Positions 14,847 to 29,800 of a stretch of DNA of 64,000 bases are shown here, in pieces. Every line of letters starts with the position of its first letter. Position 1 is the first letter of the stretch. The translations under genes were made by a program, and so were the position numbers. Origin of the DNA: Zootoca vivipara. Taxonomy: Eukaryota. The stretch is taken from NCBI RefSeq assembly GCF_963506605.1, contig NC_083289.1, forward strand, positions 10,850,001 through 10,914,000, written 5' to 3'. Below the pieces are notes generated by a model. That model was not told where the DNA came from. It did not search any database and saw only the letters and a program-made list of their open reading frames with translations.

Positions 14847-17800
14847 CTGGCAGGAAAGAGATACAAGAGAAGTGTAAGAAGTGTTGGCATTATCCCAAAA
14901 TGCACATATCTTACTGAGTTGTATGGAAAACAGAATATAATCAGGGAAAACCACTAATGGGAACGGACATCCAAAACAAAAAGACAGCTGCACATGTTGG
15001 TAGGATTCCCAACTTGTTTGTAAAACTATCTTGGGATTTCCCCCCTTACATTCCTTAATAAATACTACTTGGAACAAACTGCTACATAACTGAACTAAGC
15101 CTTCCTTTTTTGTGGTGAGCACATATTCCCTGCTTCCAAACCCAACCGTTCCCAGGGTCTGGTGTATGTAAAACTTTGTGCTCCCTACTCATTGATTTAT
15201 CCAACTGGTGATCCCTTCTGTTCTTCCCTTAAAAGAAATTATTTGCTCCATCAAGTAACATGACAATCAGCCGATTGGAGAGGGGAGCACTCTTGCCTCT
15301 CATGGACCATGGGGAAGGGCACCCAGTCTGTCAATAGTTCTCTTGCTTGCATTCTGTTCTCTTCTATTTAACCCAGTGGGACAAACCACCTCTGGGAGAG
15401 CTGCACAGAGCAGGTTGTGTGCAAACTACAGAGGTATTTGCAAAGGCTGGAGTTGGTTATTCCCCATTGTATTACTTTGGGAAGACCTTTAGGATCATCA
15501 CCATTATTAGAATGCAGAATTGCCATGGGGATATTTCTTTCCCCGATACAGTCAACTTTTGCAGGAGCTGGCTACCCATACTTTTGTCTGCAACCATGAG
15601 GTCTAGAACTTTGTTTTAAAACAAATGTTGCAATACTCAGGTTTCTGAGGGATTCTTGAATTCATCACACGGGAGGCAATGAATGCCATTTTCTCCAAGC
15701 AACATAAAAACTGATTTATATTTCAAACTTTAAATATGGTAAAGCAGACACATCAGTTATAATGCATAAGCAAAGACAGACACCCAAAGATAGTTAATCC
15801 CATCTTGTACATATGGACAAATTAACTATGAAAAGCCTTTATTCACCTGGTCTATCAAAGGTGTCTCCTTCATAACCAACGTTCAGGTTTTCAGAGCTGT
15901 GGGCAGTGCCAATGGAGGCCTCAGATTCCAGAGTTTCATCATCAGAGGCTCTTGGGTCTAGTACCAGCATCTCAACAGTTAGGTTTTCCCTGAGGAAACA
16001 AACAAAAAACAATTGGACTAAAGGGAAGAAGAGAAACCAGCAGCACGAGCAGGGAGTCTGGAAGTACTGGAGTATTTAGGTCACTAGAAAACACAACATT
16101 ATCAGAAGCAAACATTTTTGGGCAAATGAAACCGAACAATTTTAACTGAAGATACATTGTAAGATATTTACAGCTGGAATGGTTCTAGAAGGCATTTGGT
16201 TATCACAAACCTGCTCCCAATCTGAATGTGCAACCCAGCTCCTAAGTGAGGCTTTCATTTCTTGAACCGTGGCAACCTTGACCACCCTCCCTGCTCCTCA
16301 GTTCCACTCATCCAGACTTACTTTTCTTTCTGAAGGTTTTCAATCTGTTCCGTCAAAACCCTCTCTTCTTCCTGCATGGCTACTTTCTGCTGCTCAGAGA
16401 CCTCTGCCTCCATGGCCTCTTCACCACTCAGGACCTCTTCAGCAGCACCAGAGGCAGATGGCAACCGGAGAGGAGCTGGAGATGAAGGACTTGGGTAGGC
16501 ACCGCGATGTAGTCGACCTTTGCCCTGCAGGCACAGTAGTGCTAATGAGGAGCATGGACTTTTAAGCCCACTCTGCAAATTACTGACACCCCTGATACAT
16601 GTATGCAATATAATGAGCAAACAAACAATACCTGTTTGTGACTAGCAGAGAAAGACAAAACAGGAAGCAAATAGACACTTAAGGACACATGAATTATTTC
16701 AGAGGTTCTTAAAAAAAAAACCATTTCAACTATACATGAGCAGCAGAATTTTGGCAGATATCAGAAGCCACTGCTTTATTCTACAGATGTAGTTTACAAC
16801 AAAGGTGCCTCAGTCTGTTGGCCAAAGCATCTGTGCAAGAAGAGAATATCTGGATTTCTATATACTATATTACTATACTATATATTATTATGCTATACTA
16901 TATATAGTATAAGGTAAAGGTAAAGGGACCCCTGACCATTAGGTCCAGTCGTGACCGACTCTGGGGTTGCGTGCTCATCTCGCATTATTGGCCGAGGGAG
17001 CCGGCGTACAGCTTCCAGGTCATGTGGCCAGCATGACAAAGCCACTTCTGGCAAACCAGAGCAGCACACGGAGACGCCGTTTACCTTCCCGCTATAGCGG
17101 TACCTATTTATCTACTTGCACTTTGCATTCTTTCGAACTGCTAGGTTGGCAGGAGCTGGGACCAAGCAACGGGAGCTCACCCCGTCACAGGGATTCGAAC
17201 CGCCGACCTTCTGATCAGCAAGCCCTAGGCTCAGTGGTTTAACCACAGCGCCACCTGGGTCCCTATAGTATACTGTACTATATAAAATCTTCCCACACAA
17301 TATTGTAAGATACCTTTGTATTTTTCTAGGCGGAAAGTCTGAGAACAAGAGATAAATCCACCTATAAAGTTGATTATCCTCCATTTTGCACTGTGTAGTG
17401 AAATTCCATGACTAACAAGTACATGAGGGTAGCTATCCCTGAATACAGTGCCATGAAATATTCAAATTCTGATCAGGCAGTTCCAGACTATTCTATGGAA
17501 CTGGATCCTACGGGATCACACCCATCTCAATTTATACAATTTCCTTTAGTGCTGTCTCTTTTCTTCTTCCTGAATAAGCTTGCTCTAGAGAAGCAATCCT
17601 GGACCTCTGAAAGGGTGGAGCCAACATTCTTATAACAGGAAAGAATTCCCTTTTCCCTCTTAGACGGACACTGTGTGCCATAGTCCCAGATAAATAGAAA
17701 TTGTCCCAAGGTAGTGCCTCTGTGCAAGAAGAGCCAACAAAGCGCTGAAAGCAAATTTGATACAATTTGCTTTCTTAAGAGTCAAGGCTTTGAACTGCAC

Positions 17801-20800
17801 ACTTGCAAGATTGCATTTAAGTCTAGAAAAATAACTGCAAAAGTGAGACTGGAGTGGGAAAGATCTTTTTCTATACATCATTGAGAATCTGCATAGAAAC
17901 ACAGAAACAACTTTTGATGGATCAGATGAAATGGTCCCATCTACTTCAGCACCCTGCCATCTTGTTTTGGAAAGGGCATGAAGGCAATTGCACAGTACAC
18001 CCATGTGCAGGTATAGAAAATGTCCAGTAATTATTTTTCTTAGGGAAAAGCAGCTTCAAGTGAAAGAGGTCTGGAGAAAAGTGGTGGGGAGAAGGCATTG
18101 AATCCCTCTCTCGGGCTGCCAGATCTGTACTCCAATCTGTACAGCTGCTTTTCTGCCTAAATAATTGTAAATGTGCACTCTCAGAAAGATGTGCTTGAAA
18201 TCCCAAAGGAAAAGTTGTTTGGGAGCAGTGATTTGAGGCAGGGATGTGGCAGGTAGATTAAACACCACTGTTCCTCTGCTCAGAATTACCACTCCCAGAG
18301 CTCCACCTCCTCCAGAAAAGGCCTGTGTTAAATTTGTATGTGTGGGACAGGTTGTTCCACTCATAGTAATGTCTGAGTGCTTATCTAAATTTAAATATAT
18401 TTGATTCTCTAATGTGGTTATGCCCCACTGGTGCTGCTGTTGTCGTTTTTTAAAAAACAGGACTATATTTAGTATATAACTTGAATCCAAATATTTGAGC
18501 TGTATCCCAGTGATAGAACATGTGCTTTGTATGCCTAAGGTATCAACTTCTATCCCAGGTGTTTCAGTTAAATGCATCCTGAGTAGCAGGTGTTGTGAAA
18601 GATTCCTGCCTGGGATTCTACAGAGCCACTAATGGTCAGAGCAAACAAACCAGTCAAGATGAACCAACATTGGCAGTACCCCACTTCTGATAAAGTGAAA
18701 CATTCTGGAGAGCAACAGTGAGATCCTGGAGACAATACTGAGCTAGACAGATCTGACTCAGTGGAAGGCAACTTCCTATGTTCATTTACGTGCAAGGAAG
18801 ATTCATAATTACCCCTGGCATTTCTTCTAGCAAGAAGAGGGGGGAAGCAGACTCCTACACTGCCCCTCTCTGGCAGGGTAATGGACTATTTCTTGTTTTC
18901 TGGTTCTTCTTGAGAATTCTAGCTAAGGTCGTGCTGGTTGTTTTGTTGTTGTTGTTGTTGTTGTTAGATTTAATAAAAGTTGGATGGGGAAATAGCTTTT
19001 CAGAAGGATGGATCTGAATTTGCCCTCTTCCAAGCAATTGTTGCTTAGGGTCTTAACATGAAAAAAGGACTGATCAAGCGGGCAAGACAAGGAAGAGAAA
19101 AATCACTTAGAAGAAAATAAAGGGTTAGTAGAGAAGGCAGAAAAGGAGAAAATAAAAATGTAAGGAAACCAGCTCAAGGGAATGGTAAGGTCACAAATCA
19201 CAAATACAACTTTCCAAGTGAACTAGCTTTACTGTGATATACTTTTAGTTCAGGGATAGGCAATGCTGCTGGACTAGTTTCCGTAATCCCTGACCACTGG
19301 TCCTGCTGTCTAGGGCTGATGGGAGTTGGAGTCCAACAACATCTTGAGGGCCATATGTTCCCCATCCCTGCTTTAGTTGTTTGGAATTGCCTGGAAGTCC
19401 AGTCTCAATCTGCGACTGGAAAGCTGTTCCATCAGTAGCAGAGACAGGCTGGTGTTTTTACACTCCTCTAGAGACCACTTGCAGATCAGATGCTGGAAGA
19501 AAGCAATGTACTTGGCTCACTGCAACCTCAGTCACTATTCAGAGACCTTTCCTGCCACCCCTGTGGAAAACTGGCCTCATCTGTGCTCCCTGTTGGTACC
19601 TATTCTACCAGAAGAACCCAAGGACAGTTTAAGGGAGAACAAACAAACAAGCACACGCACACACAGTTATGAAGTGTGTTGGGGCATGGAATGCAGCAGC
19701 ACTGAAATGAGTGAAGGGTTACAGCACAAGGTCAGTGCAATGCAATTCTGATACATACCGGGATCGAACTGCGGGTTATGCTCATAAATCTAACGGCAAT
19801 TAGTACAGGTTTCTGGATTAGAGAGGATAGGAAAAGGAAAGGAGTAGGTTAGAGTGCACGTGCCATCACCCTTCTCAAAGAGGAGCTAGGCTTTCAAATG
19901 GAAGCCAGATCTCAGCTGCAACTGTGAGAAAGCATAAGTAAACCACAAGCCACTGTGTGCTGCATAAAAGAGGTGGATTAGCACTGATTGTGTGCTCTCA
20001 ATACAGCATGCTGAGCGGACTCAGAGTGCCCATGCTTGCTTCCAGCAGTGTAACTGGGTCACCTGCCACATGACTAGCGAAGCCCTATTATATAAGCAGA
20101 TAATGTGACACATTACAAAGCCTGCCATGTGTTCCATCTCCAAACAGAGGAAAACACAGGCCATTTCAGTGCTGGAGACTGCCTTTCAACTCAGCAGCCC
20201 AGTTAACAATGTGCAAGCTTTTCATATTTCAGAAAGGCAATGAGGCAAGAGGAAGCCACCTGCTAAAAGGAGCTCAGCATGTGCTGGACTGAAATATGCA
20301 TGGCAGCTTCATCACAGGTTCTCCCACTGGCACGTGCATGTGGGAGGGAAGCAAATGGAAGCCTGTTCTGTGTCAGATGAGTTTAGGAAAACCAGATGCT
20401 AAGAAGGGTTGCTCACGGAGGAAGGCCAATTACACACAAGCTAAAGTGGCCCAAATTCACCAAGGCAACCATGAGAAGTAAAAATATCAGACCCCCACCA
20501 AGGAACTAATGGGTTGGTCTTTGTGGGATAATGCCAGATTCCCACCTTCTCTGAGTTTTTGCTTTGTACATATCTGCACCTCTGAAGACTCAATCCAGGA
20601 TAAAGCCAAACTTTAGCTTCTGTGCTAGACCCAACTGTGTGTTAAAAGGTTTTGAGGATGTATAAGGTTTGGAAAGACATGAAGAAGAGGAGATTGGGGA
20701 AGTGGGAAAAGGAGGGGGAAGAGAGAGAGAAGAGAAGAGAAGACAAGAGAAGATACATGGGTGTGTTCTCAGTTCCAAGATATTGTATTAAACAAATCTG

Positions 20801-23800
20801 CTATTAAACAAGTGTGGCATTGAAACACACACACAATCTATCATCTCCAAATTCTCGCTTGAGGAGGAAAGTTGCACTAACAAATGTGGGCTGACTGGGG
20901 GACAGGAAGACACGGGTCTCGGTATAAATTTCTTCCTGTTATGAATGGTCAGCCAGGAATTCATCCACTCCTTCGCCTTACCATAGACCTCCTGATCATC
21001 GAGAGCCGGCTCTTGGCCTTGTTCTCCGCGAACTCGAGGCTACTGATGTCTTTAAGGCGAGCCCGATATTTGTCCATTTGCTCTACAACAATCAGCTCAA
21101 TGCAGCTGAAAGAGAAAGTTTGTTAAGATGGAAAACTGAGCTACATTTGACTGTAGGATGTATACACAAGGAGATAAATCTGAAAATTTTCTTGTTCTGA
21201 ACACTATGATTGAGAAACTGGCAGACCAAGTCTATTCTGATGGCTGCCATTTCAGGGATCTCATTTCCACAGCAGTACTCCCTGCCTGCCACCAACATGA
21301 CTGACAGGGCCAGTGTCACTATGGGTCATCTTTAGAGATTCCCCTGAAACATTCTCCACAATTTCACAGTGTATTGTATGCAGGTACTAAGGCTGCCCCC
21401 TGAAAAGCACCAACCCTGGAATTTCTGCAAGTGTGTGTGTGATTAGAAGCATTTCAGAAGAAGGGTGTTGATGCTTACTGCAATAGGGAATGAAAAAACA
21501 TCACTTCCCACCCATCCCTTTTCTCCATTGGAGGCAAGAATGCAATTTTTCATCATGATGTACAATTAAATACACATAGAAGTCTCTTTGAGACTGCTGG
21601 CTGAAAACAATAAATAGGGGTGGAGATAGAAAGTGTAGAACTGCTCCCCACTGCACATATTCAGTCTATTCAGGGGAAGGGTTTTCACAAGTTTCCATTT
21701 TTGCTAATAATTTATCACTAGCAAGATACCCACAAGACAGTGAGCATACATACAGAAATGGGGCCATAAAGATGGCCTGAAGCTGAGTGGGTAGGAAAGT
21801 GATAGATCTCACTTTCTTTCACAGTTGATTTTGCCTCCTCCTTTCTCTTGACCTCTGATCCTTCTTCTTCTCCTCAATCTGCACATCTGAGTTCTGTATT
21901 GTTATCACTCAGTTGCCTTTTCAGACAACAACTGTGTTAACTGCTATTCACCTCTACATGCCCACATTTAGCCTTGGATCTTTGTTCCCAGTCCCAGTAC
22001 GGACAGCGGCCTTCATCTGTTTCCTTGGTGTGAGGTATGATTATCACTAGGCATGCTCATCAGTCTAAGATTAGAGTGGGGTTGGTGTAATGGCTGGTAG
22101 TGTCTCACAAAGCTATTCATGACTCCTTAAAACTGTAAAAAGCAACTATCTCCCTGTGTAGTTCTCTGGAGAAAGAGGCACTGGGGGGTTTCCCTCCTAT
22201 GTAAAAGGTTTATTCTTTCCCACCCTCTCAGCTTTCAGAGGGTACCTCCCTTCCCACACAAGCAAAGTAGCGCAAGAGAAAACGGCTGGCAGGCTCACAG
22301 AGGTGTGGCACATTAAAGAGGAGGCTTCAGAAATTACAATGCAGCATGTATTTTTTTTTACCTGATTGTTTTAGAGACATCCTGAGCACTCCGAAGAGGG
22401 TCAGTAGTATCTGGACTGCGGAGAACGCATGGAGCAAACACAATTGCCAGGGCATTAGCTGACATCCGATTCGTCTCCTCCTCTAGGGCAATTCTAAACA
22501 GCACCATAATATGACACCATCATTTTTTGTGAGAAGGCATCAAGTTGGAAATTACAAAGTTTGGACACAGGTTAAAGAGAAAGAAAACCAAATATGCTGG
22601 GGATGGGATGTAAAGAGATATGGGAAAGGACTCTCAAAGGTTGTGGGGAAAGTTCGTCCTTAAAACATTCATGTGCTACATTTTGCCACACCTCTTTTAT
22701 TCATGACCTCAGCACTGATGGCATACAAAGGTGCCAATTTCTATGGCCTGTTAGGCTGGCCACATTCAGCACTGCAAGTGTGTTAGAATAAGAACAATAC
22801 AATATTTTCCCACTAACATGAGGGCCACAGGGTAAAGACACAAATGTTAACGTTTTGCTTGACAACTTAAGGACAGTGGCTAGATACCTAGAACAATCTG
22901 ACTAGCTGCTGCTGTGTGTGCTTGGATTGTAGTGTTGTTTTAATCTTGTACTGAGAAATGTATATTTTCTGACTGATGGTCGAATAAAGAATGATGATGA
23001 TGATGGATTGTAGTGCTCATTGAGAGATCATAATCCGTGTGATTTTAAGCAAGTCACCAACACACAGAACTTGATATCCAAGGCAGGCAGCTTTCTTGCC
23101 ACACTGCATGCTTACAGTATACATGCACAAGTCTCTGAGCATGCAGTCTGCCACCACAAGGATGCTTACAGGAAGTTAGGGGATATATATGTTACATGAT
23201 GATATACATTAAGGGAAAAAGGAAAAAATTCTACTATCATTCATTACCTTACAAGATGGAAGATCAGTCGCTCCAAAGTACTCAGATGAGTACCAGAAAG
23301 CTGGCTGATCACTGAATAGACCCCACGAATGGCCTCCTTCCTCTCATGCAAACCTGCAGAAAGCACATTTAATTCAATTCACTGGAATACATACTAGAAT
23401 TCTTCAATAATATAAAGTCTTCTTCAAATTAAAATCTAAGATCCAATTGCTAAACACCCCATTCTCACCCACTGGCTTCACTCTAGCCCTCCAAATGTCA
23501 ACAAACATGTCTTAGAAGCTGCCTAATGCTCAGGTTTTGGTGAGCCTCCTAGGAGAGGAAGTGCTCTTGCAATCCAAAGGTGGCACAGGGATAGTATTGC
23601 TAATAAGGGTGCTAGTGGGACTTAAAAACCAGCACTTGACTTGTGTCTGCAGTGCAAAGAAAGAACCCAGCCAGCATATAGTGACCCATACATAGACCGC
23701 CTCCCTGCTTTGCTGGCCTATTTCCACTAGCCCAGGTGGGAGGAGCTCTGAGTGAGTCTAGCTATAAAAGTTGTTGCTGGTGAAAGGGGTGCCTCAAGAA

Positions 23801-26800
23801 AGTCTGCAAATATCCTTCTGGACAAAAAGGGAAGCTGTCGAAATGATCAATTGGGAGAGAAAACAATACTGTACAATCCTATTGTGGGAAATGAAACTTT
23901 TTAGTTCAGTATTTAAAAAAGAGGTTGAACTCCTCTAAGTAGAACTGCATTCTTTTTTGTGCAGGTTTTTAGCAGTCATTATTTGCAAGTACACATTTTC
24001 ATACCCATAGCTCGCAGAAATTCTTCATAAAATTCAAATGTCATGAGAGGGTTAGGTAAATCCCGCAGCCACTGTTTGAACACACTGGCAATGACATGGA
24101 TGTTGTAGTCATCAAGATTCACACTCTCAATATCTAGTTAAAAGAGAAGGGAGGCAAGCAGAGTGGAAGAAAATTGTTAAGAAGGAAATTATATTTTGCC
24201 TCTTAGTGATCAAGCCAACAGCTCTATGCTAACGTAACAGTTGAGGCTTGAGGCAGACAAAAACCCTCTTCCTTGGAACAGGTTACAAAATCATATGGAT
24301 ACAGCACAGAGGATGCTTTCAAGGATTTGCGTGTGGGGATGGGTCAGGCACTACTGAGCTCTGTCAGCCTTATATATGATACAAAAAGTCAACTTCAAAT
24401 GTCATAGCCAACTATGATTTTAGAGTCCAAACCAATGTTTGAGGTTCCAAGCTTGCAAACATGCAGAAAAGCATTGTAAAGACCTGCTTATCTGTTTTCA
24501 TCTTCCTTATGTTCAGCACACCCAATTCTATAATCCACAAGCCCTTGGTAACGACACAATGGCCATAGCTTTAGTTTATCTGTTCAAACAGTGAACCAAA
24601 GCTGGCACAAACTATGGTTTACTTCAAAGCACGTTCCCAGTTCTGGTCTGCTGGCTGATAGTCAAAAATTATTTGTCAATTCAGCTATTATGCCAAAGTC
24701 TAGTCAAGCTTCCTTAACCATAATTAGGAGTGATGTACAAATTGAGCCTATAGCTCTAAAACAGTGTGGATCTGTGTTACGTATAATCAGGAGGAAACAG
24801 ATTCCTCTTTTCCAGAAGGCCTCCTCACCTGTGTCCAGTCCCTGCCGCAACTCTTTGATCTTATTGGTTGATCCGGATTTCCGGTAAATGCCCTCTGTGT
24901 ACAGTGCATGCATTTCTATATAGCTGGTGAGCTTCTCAAACACTAAGGGCACTGTTCGCTCTTCAGTGGTCAGACGGGAGAGTTCAACCCCAAATTGCCG
25001 TGAGGAAAGCTCAGGATCGTACTAGAAGAACAGAGATGAGGTTATCAGTATCTTTTAAGAGGCAACAAACCAATACTGTCCACAGTTCAGTGAACCCAGG
25101 ATGCATTAGGATGGATCCTGGTAACAAGTTCAAGCAGGAGAGAAGCACATGGCTTTAGAAACAGCAATTGCAAAATTTTCAAACATATGAGACGGTATTG
25201 AAAGACAGTTGTGGAGTTTTCAAACCCTTATCTGATGAAATTCTTTTGTTGCTTTTACAGTTTGTATATAGATGGCGTGTTTTTAGAGTTTGTTGAATTG
25301 ATTTTATTTTTAGAATTTGTGTTTGTCCGTTTTATTATTATTTATTTATGTATTTATTTATTAAATTTGTTTGTCACTTTTTCTTGCCAAGGAAATTCAA
25401 AGCGACTTACAACCAACCAACCAACCAACCCTAGAAAGAGCCATTAAATCTGGGAGGGAACACATTAAAGCAGAGGTTTTCAACCTTTTTGAGTCCATGG
25501 CTCCTTTGACAAACTACATTATTTCTGTGGTACCCCCATAGGGAAACACTTTGAGTCTCAGGAAAAAACAATGCATTAAAGACATCCCACCCACTTCTCA
25601 AAGCCCACAGATCGTCAAAGGCCAAAGAGCTAGTTATAAAGGATTTTTTTTTTGGCCTAGCACCTAGTTTTAGTCTGTTTTTATCTTGTGCACTACTTCA
25701 TTGGCTTTATACTGTGAAGAAGTCTATAAATCTGCATAGTATGAATAAGAATCATAGACCAATGAAAGGCCTTTTCCTAGATAGTTGTTGTTCTTGTTAT
25801 ACTCCTGTGTTTACACCACTGTGATAGCAGCAGCACCACAGTCCCAGTTAACAGCAAAGGTAAAACTCAAGAGCTAAAAGTGGAGCCATAGTAAAAAAAA
25901 TGGCTCTGAAAAGCAGTCCCCATCCAAGGCTGCTCCTGACTCTGCCCTTCTCTCTAGGCTTTACTGCTTGGTTTGCTGAAGTGCAGGACTCCCATTTCAC
26001 AAGCCTCAGCTTTGCAGGTGAAGGCAGAACAGTAGGAATTCTCAGTGCAGAGATAAATAACACAACTAGGCTGTGACACAGTCCGAGAGGCTACTGGAAG
26101 ACCTGGATATGCTTTTAAAAAAATACTGTACCATTTAAAGACTCAGCAGCCAACAGTTAAGACCACACTTCCACCTAGACAAGAGCTTCTGACTGAGGAA
26201 AAAAGTGCAGGGCTTTAAAGCAAGCTTTGATCACAAGTGCAAAGAGTTCCCAATCAAGGACTGAATGAGAAAGGGGACACAACACCAGGATCTTCCAGCA
26301 TTTGGTTATCTTCTTTTCTCATTCAACATAACAATTAACACATGAAAAAGGGAGTGATTTTCACTGGGTAAGGCTCTCCATGCAGGAATGCACCTGAAGA
26401 AAATGGGTCAAACACTGGGTGAATGTATTACAGACTCTTTTCCTTAGGATTACAGCATGGTCTATCTTTTGCTGTGACAGCCCTGTAAGCACTCTTTATT
26501 ATGGCATAAGAATGATCAGTCACTGCAAACTATCACTAAAAAGCTACAAGGCTACCACTGAAAAGGAGGGAAATAGTTCTTTATAAGGCAACCCTCCTAA
26601 AATGAAGTGACCAGGAAATAAGAGAAAGTTTGAGATCCGCTAATATTTTCTAAACTCGGCATAACAATACATTCCTGAATTGAAGCACCATCCTGATATG
26701 AAAATACTGCTTTAGACTGAAATTGCCAGGAAGTATTAATCAAAAAGTTTCCAAATAACGAGGTAGGCCCCAAGGCCACAGAAGTCATGAGATTTGGCTG

Positions 26801-29800
26801 AATTATTCAACAAACCTTTTCATGTCACATTTCATGTTACATTTTCTGTAACCATTAAAAAACTAGAAACATTCTTAAAATGGAAAACCCTGACTCAAAG
26901 AAGATAAAACCTCAGTGATACCACAACAGTATAACAAAAGCATCTCAAGCCAATTGTTCCAGCATTACTATTATTCTTTCTAAGCTTGCTTTTTCTGCAT
27001 TTAAACATTTAATGCACAAGATCCTGGCAGCAAACCACTTAGCCTCTAGTATGGGAAAACCCCACATTATCTAGATTTTACTTGGATGGAATACCTTAAT
27101 TTCTTGTTTGCTAATTTTTTGATAGAAGGCCCAGCAAATTTAGGCCCAGCAAAACAGCTAAAGATGGCTGTGCTATTTATTAGATGTGACTCAGGTGGCG
27201 CTGTGGGTTAAACCACAGAGCCTAGGGCTTGCTGATCAGAAGGTTGGCGGTTCAAATCCCTGCGACGGGGTGAGCTCCCGTTGCTCGGTCCCAGCTCCTG
27301 CCCACCCAGCAGTTCGAAAGAATGCAAAGTGCAAGTAGATAAATAGGTACCGCTATAGCGGGAAGGTAAACGGCGTCTCTGTGTGCTGCTCTGGTTTGCC
27401 AGAAGTGGCTTTGTCATGCTGGCCACATGACCTGGAAGCTGTACGCCGGCTCCCTCGGCCAATAATGCGAGATGAGCGCCGCAACCCCAGAGTTGGTCAC
27501 GACTGGACCTAATGGTCTGGGGTCCCTTTACCTTTACCTTACTATTTATTAGAAAAATAAAACCCTATTTATTTTCGAGTAATTGGTACCCTAAAACTGT
27601 GTATGACCTATCATCTACAGTTTATCAGAAATTGTGCAAATCCGGTTTATTCACAACACAGCACATGCACAATCCGGGGGATGAAGGGTTGGGTCGGGCA
27701 GACCAGGGACAATGTAAACCAAAATGGCTTCAAAGAAATACATCCAAATGTATTTCCAGGCTTCACAGTGAAAAGAAAAAGACTGCTAGTTACATACAGA
27801 AAGAGTTAGTTACCCTGGTCCACAAAACATATACCCTGAGAATATCTCAAAGGATATCTCAAATATCACAGTTTTGCCCATGCTACATCCGAATACATTA
27901 CCCAAAGTCACACCAGCCACTGACTGAATGAACTAAACACAGAAATTGAAAAGGAACAGTTTAGAGGTAGGCCAGCAACTAAATTAATTTTCCTTATTTT
28001 CATATCCATTACTCATTTATCTGGAAACTAGGAGTATAAAATTAGTGGGTGCCATGGAACCAAATGGTCAATACTAAGGCACTTAAGTTATAGTAAGGGC
28101 CTTAGAAAATCAATATTGTTATGGCAGTTGCAACACAAGTCCTGCATTTTCCATAAACTGTGAGTTTCTAGGAAGATATGAACAGCCTCCTCCATGTGAT
28201 AAGTGACAAAGAACCTATGCTGCAGATTTGAAGACGAGAGCCTAGCAGAAGACTCACTTTGCCATAGCAATCTGGATTTTCCATACCAAAAATTGAGGTC
28301 CTTCACAATCCAATAATGCAAGTTATATCAGGGAATATTGAAAAACCACTGCAAGCTGAAGATGAAAGAAACCGTACCTTTTTGGGGCACTTGGTTGTGG
28401 TCCTCAGGCAGCACTTTCTGTGGCAAGCATGCTTGCATACTGAAATCAGGAACACAACAATTAATACACTTGAATGCTGCTGTGTTGTGACTGATATTTA
28501 CAGGAAAGCATTTAAAAGGGGGGGAATTGGTTGAGCACCCCATCACACCTGCTGATTCCCTCCAGCATTAGAACTATGGGGCAAATGCAGGATTTAAAAC
28601 CTGGAGGGCCTTCAGAACATGCAACCTTCTGGTGTTCACTGTTGGCAACAGACTGTAGAGCTGACCTGTGCCCATTCTGAACTACTTTTGTGTCATTTAA
28701 GGGGTAAGCAGAGGACAGTGCAGGGTGAATTTTAGGAACTGGACACATAATTCTAATATTGGGAAATAGCATGGTATAAATATGGCTTGTTTGTACACTA
28801 CAACTTGCTGCTGCTTTTTCTGACTGATTTCAAAGAGGGAAAACAGTGGAAACTTTCACGTGCAAATAGTCACTATATGCTTTTTGGATCCAAGACAAGT
28901 GTCTATTGGGGGGGGGGGGAAGAACCTTTAAAAAGGGTAGGAAAAAGTGCAGATGGGAAGAGTACATAGTAAATCAGTAAGAGTAAACACTTCATGCTTA
29001 CATTTACAAACAGAGGCCTTGTCCATGATCCATATCAGGGAGGAACAGAATTCACAGTAAGTGGGAATGCTGTACTGAGTGGCCTTAAAAATGTGACCAT
29101 TATGTTCTTCTACCTACAAGAAAAAAATCAGTTTGACATTCATTGACAGCTGAAAACAGATTTGAGTGTTTACTCTTCTGCTAAAAAGCTAAACTAAGCT
29201 ATACCAAAGCATTTCAGACAGCTGCTATTTCACTGTTTGGGTGGAATGCTAAAAGCGCATTCTTGGCCCTGCTGGCTCCCTGACTCCCAGAATGCATGTG
29301 GCATGCCAAATAATTTAACATATAAAAATGTCCTACATGATCGGACTCATAATCCATCCAACCCTGTGGCTGTCCCAGAAAGTTACAACCATTAGAAAGT
29401 ATCAGCAGAGTACTGGCAGAGAATCCTAGTCCCTGATGCTCATAATTAGATTTATGAGATTTTGATATTCTCCCACTGTCATATCTTAGTTCATGAGGGA
29501 ATGTACGACTGGGGAGCGCCAATTTTCTTGTCATTAGTAATGATGCTGAGCAAGATCTGGGTTGTTCCAACAGCGGGACAGTAGTCTAATGATTCAAATT
29601 ATAAAGTGAACTAATTGCAGTCTGTAGTTCATTCTAAAAATAGCTGTTAGGGCAAGCAAATCTATAAATTCAACCACAGCCAAGTTAATGTGAAGAGTGT
29701 TACTCGGATAAGCACCAAAAGCAGAGTGAAGTAAATTGAACTATGAATCCCATTGTCCATAAAGGCAAGCCCCAATGTTCTACATATTTCAGTTAAGATT

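Noticed and set aside
16967-17242. Recurring [28 protein letters not shown] (also 27208 and 40738)
   Set aside because: Antisense translation of Sauria SINE copies.
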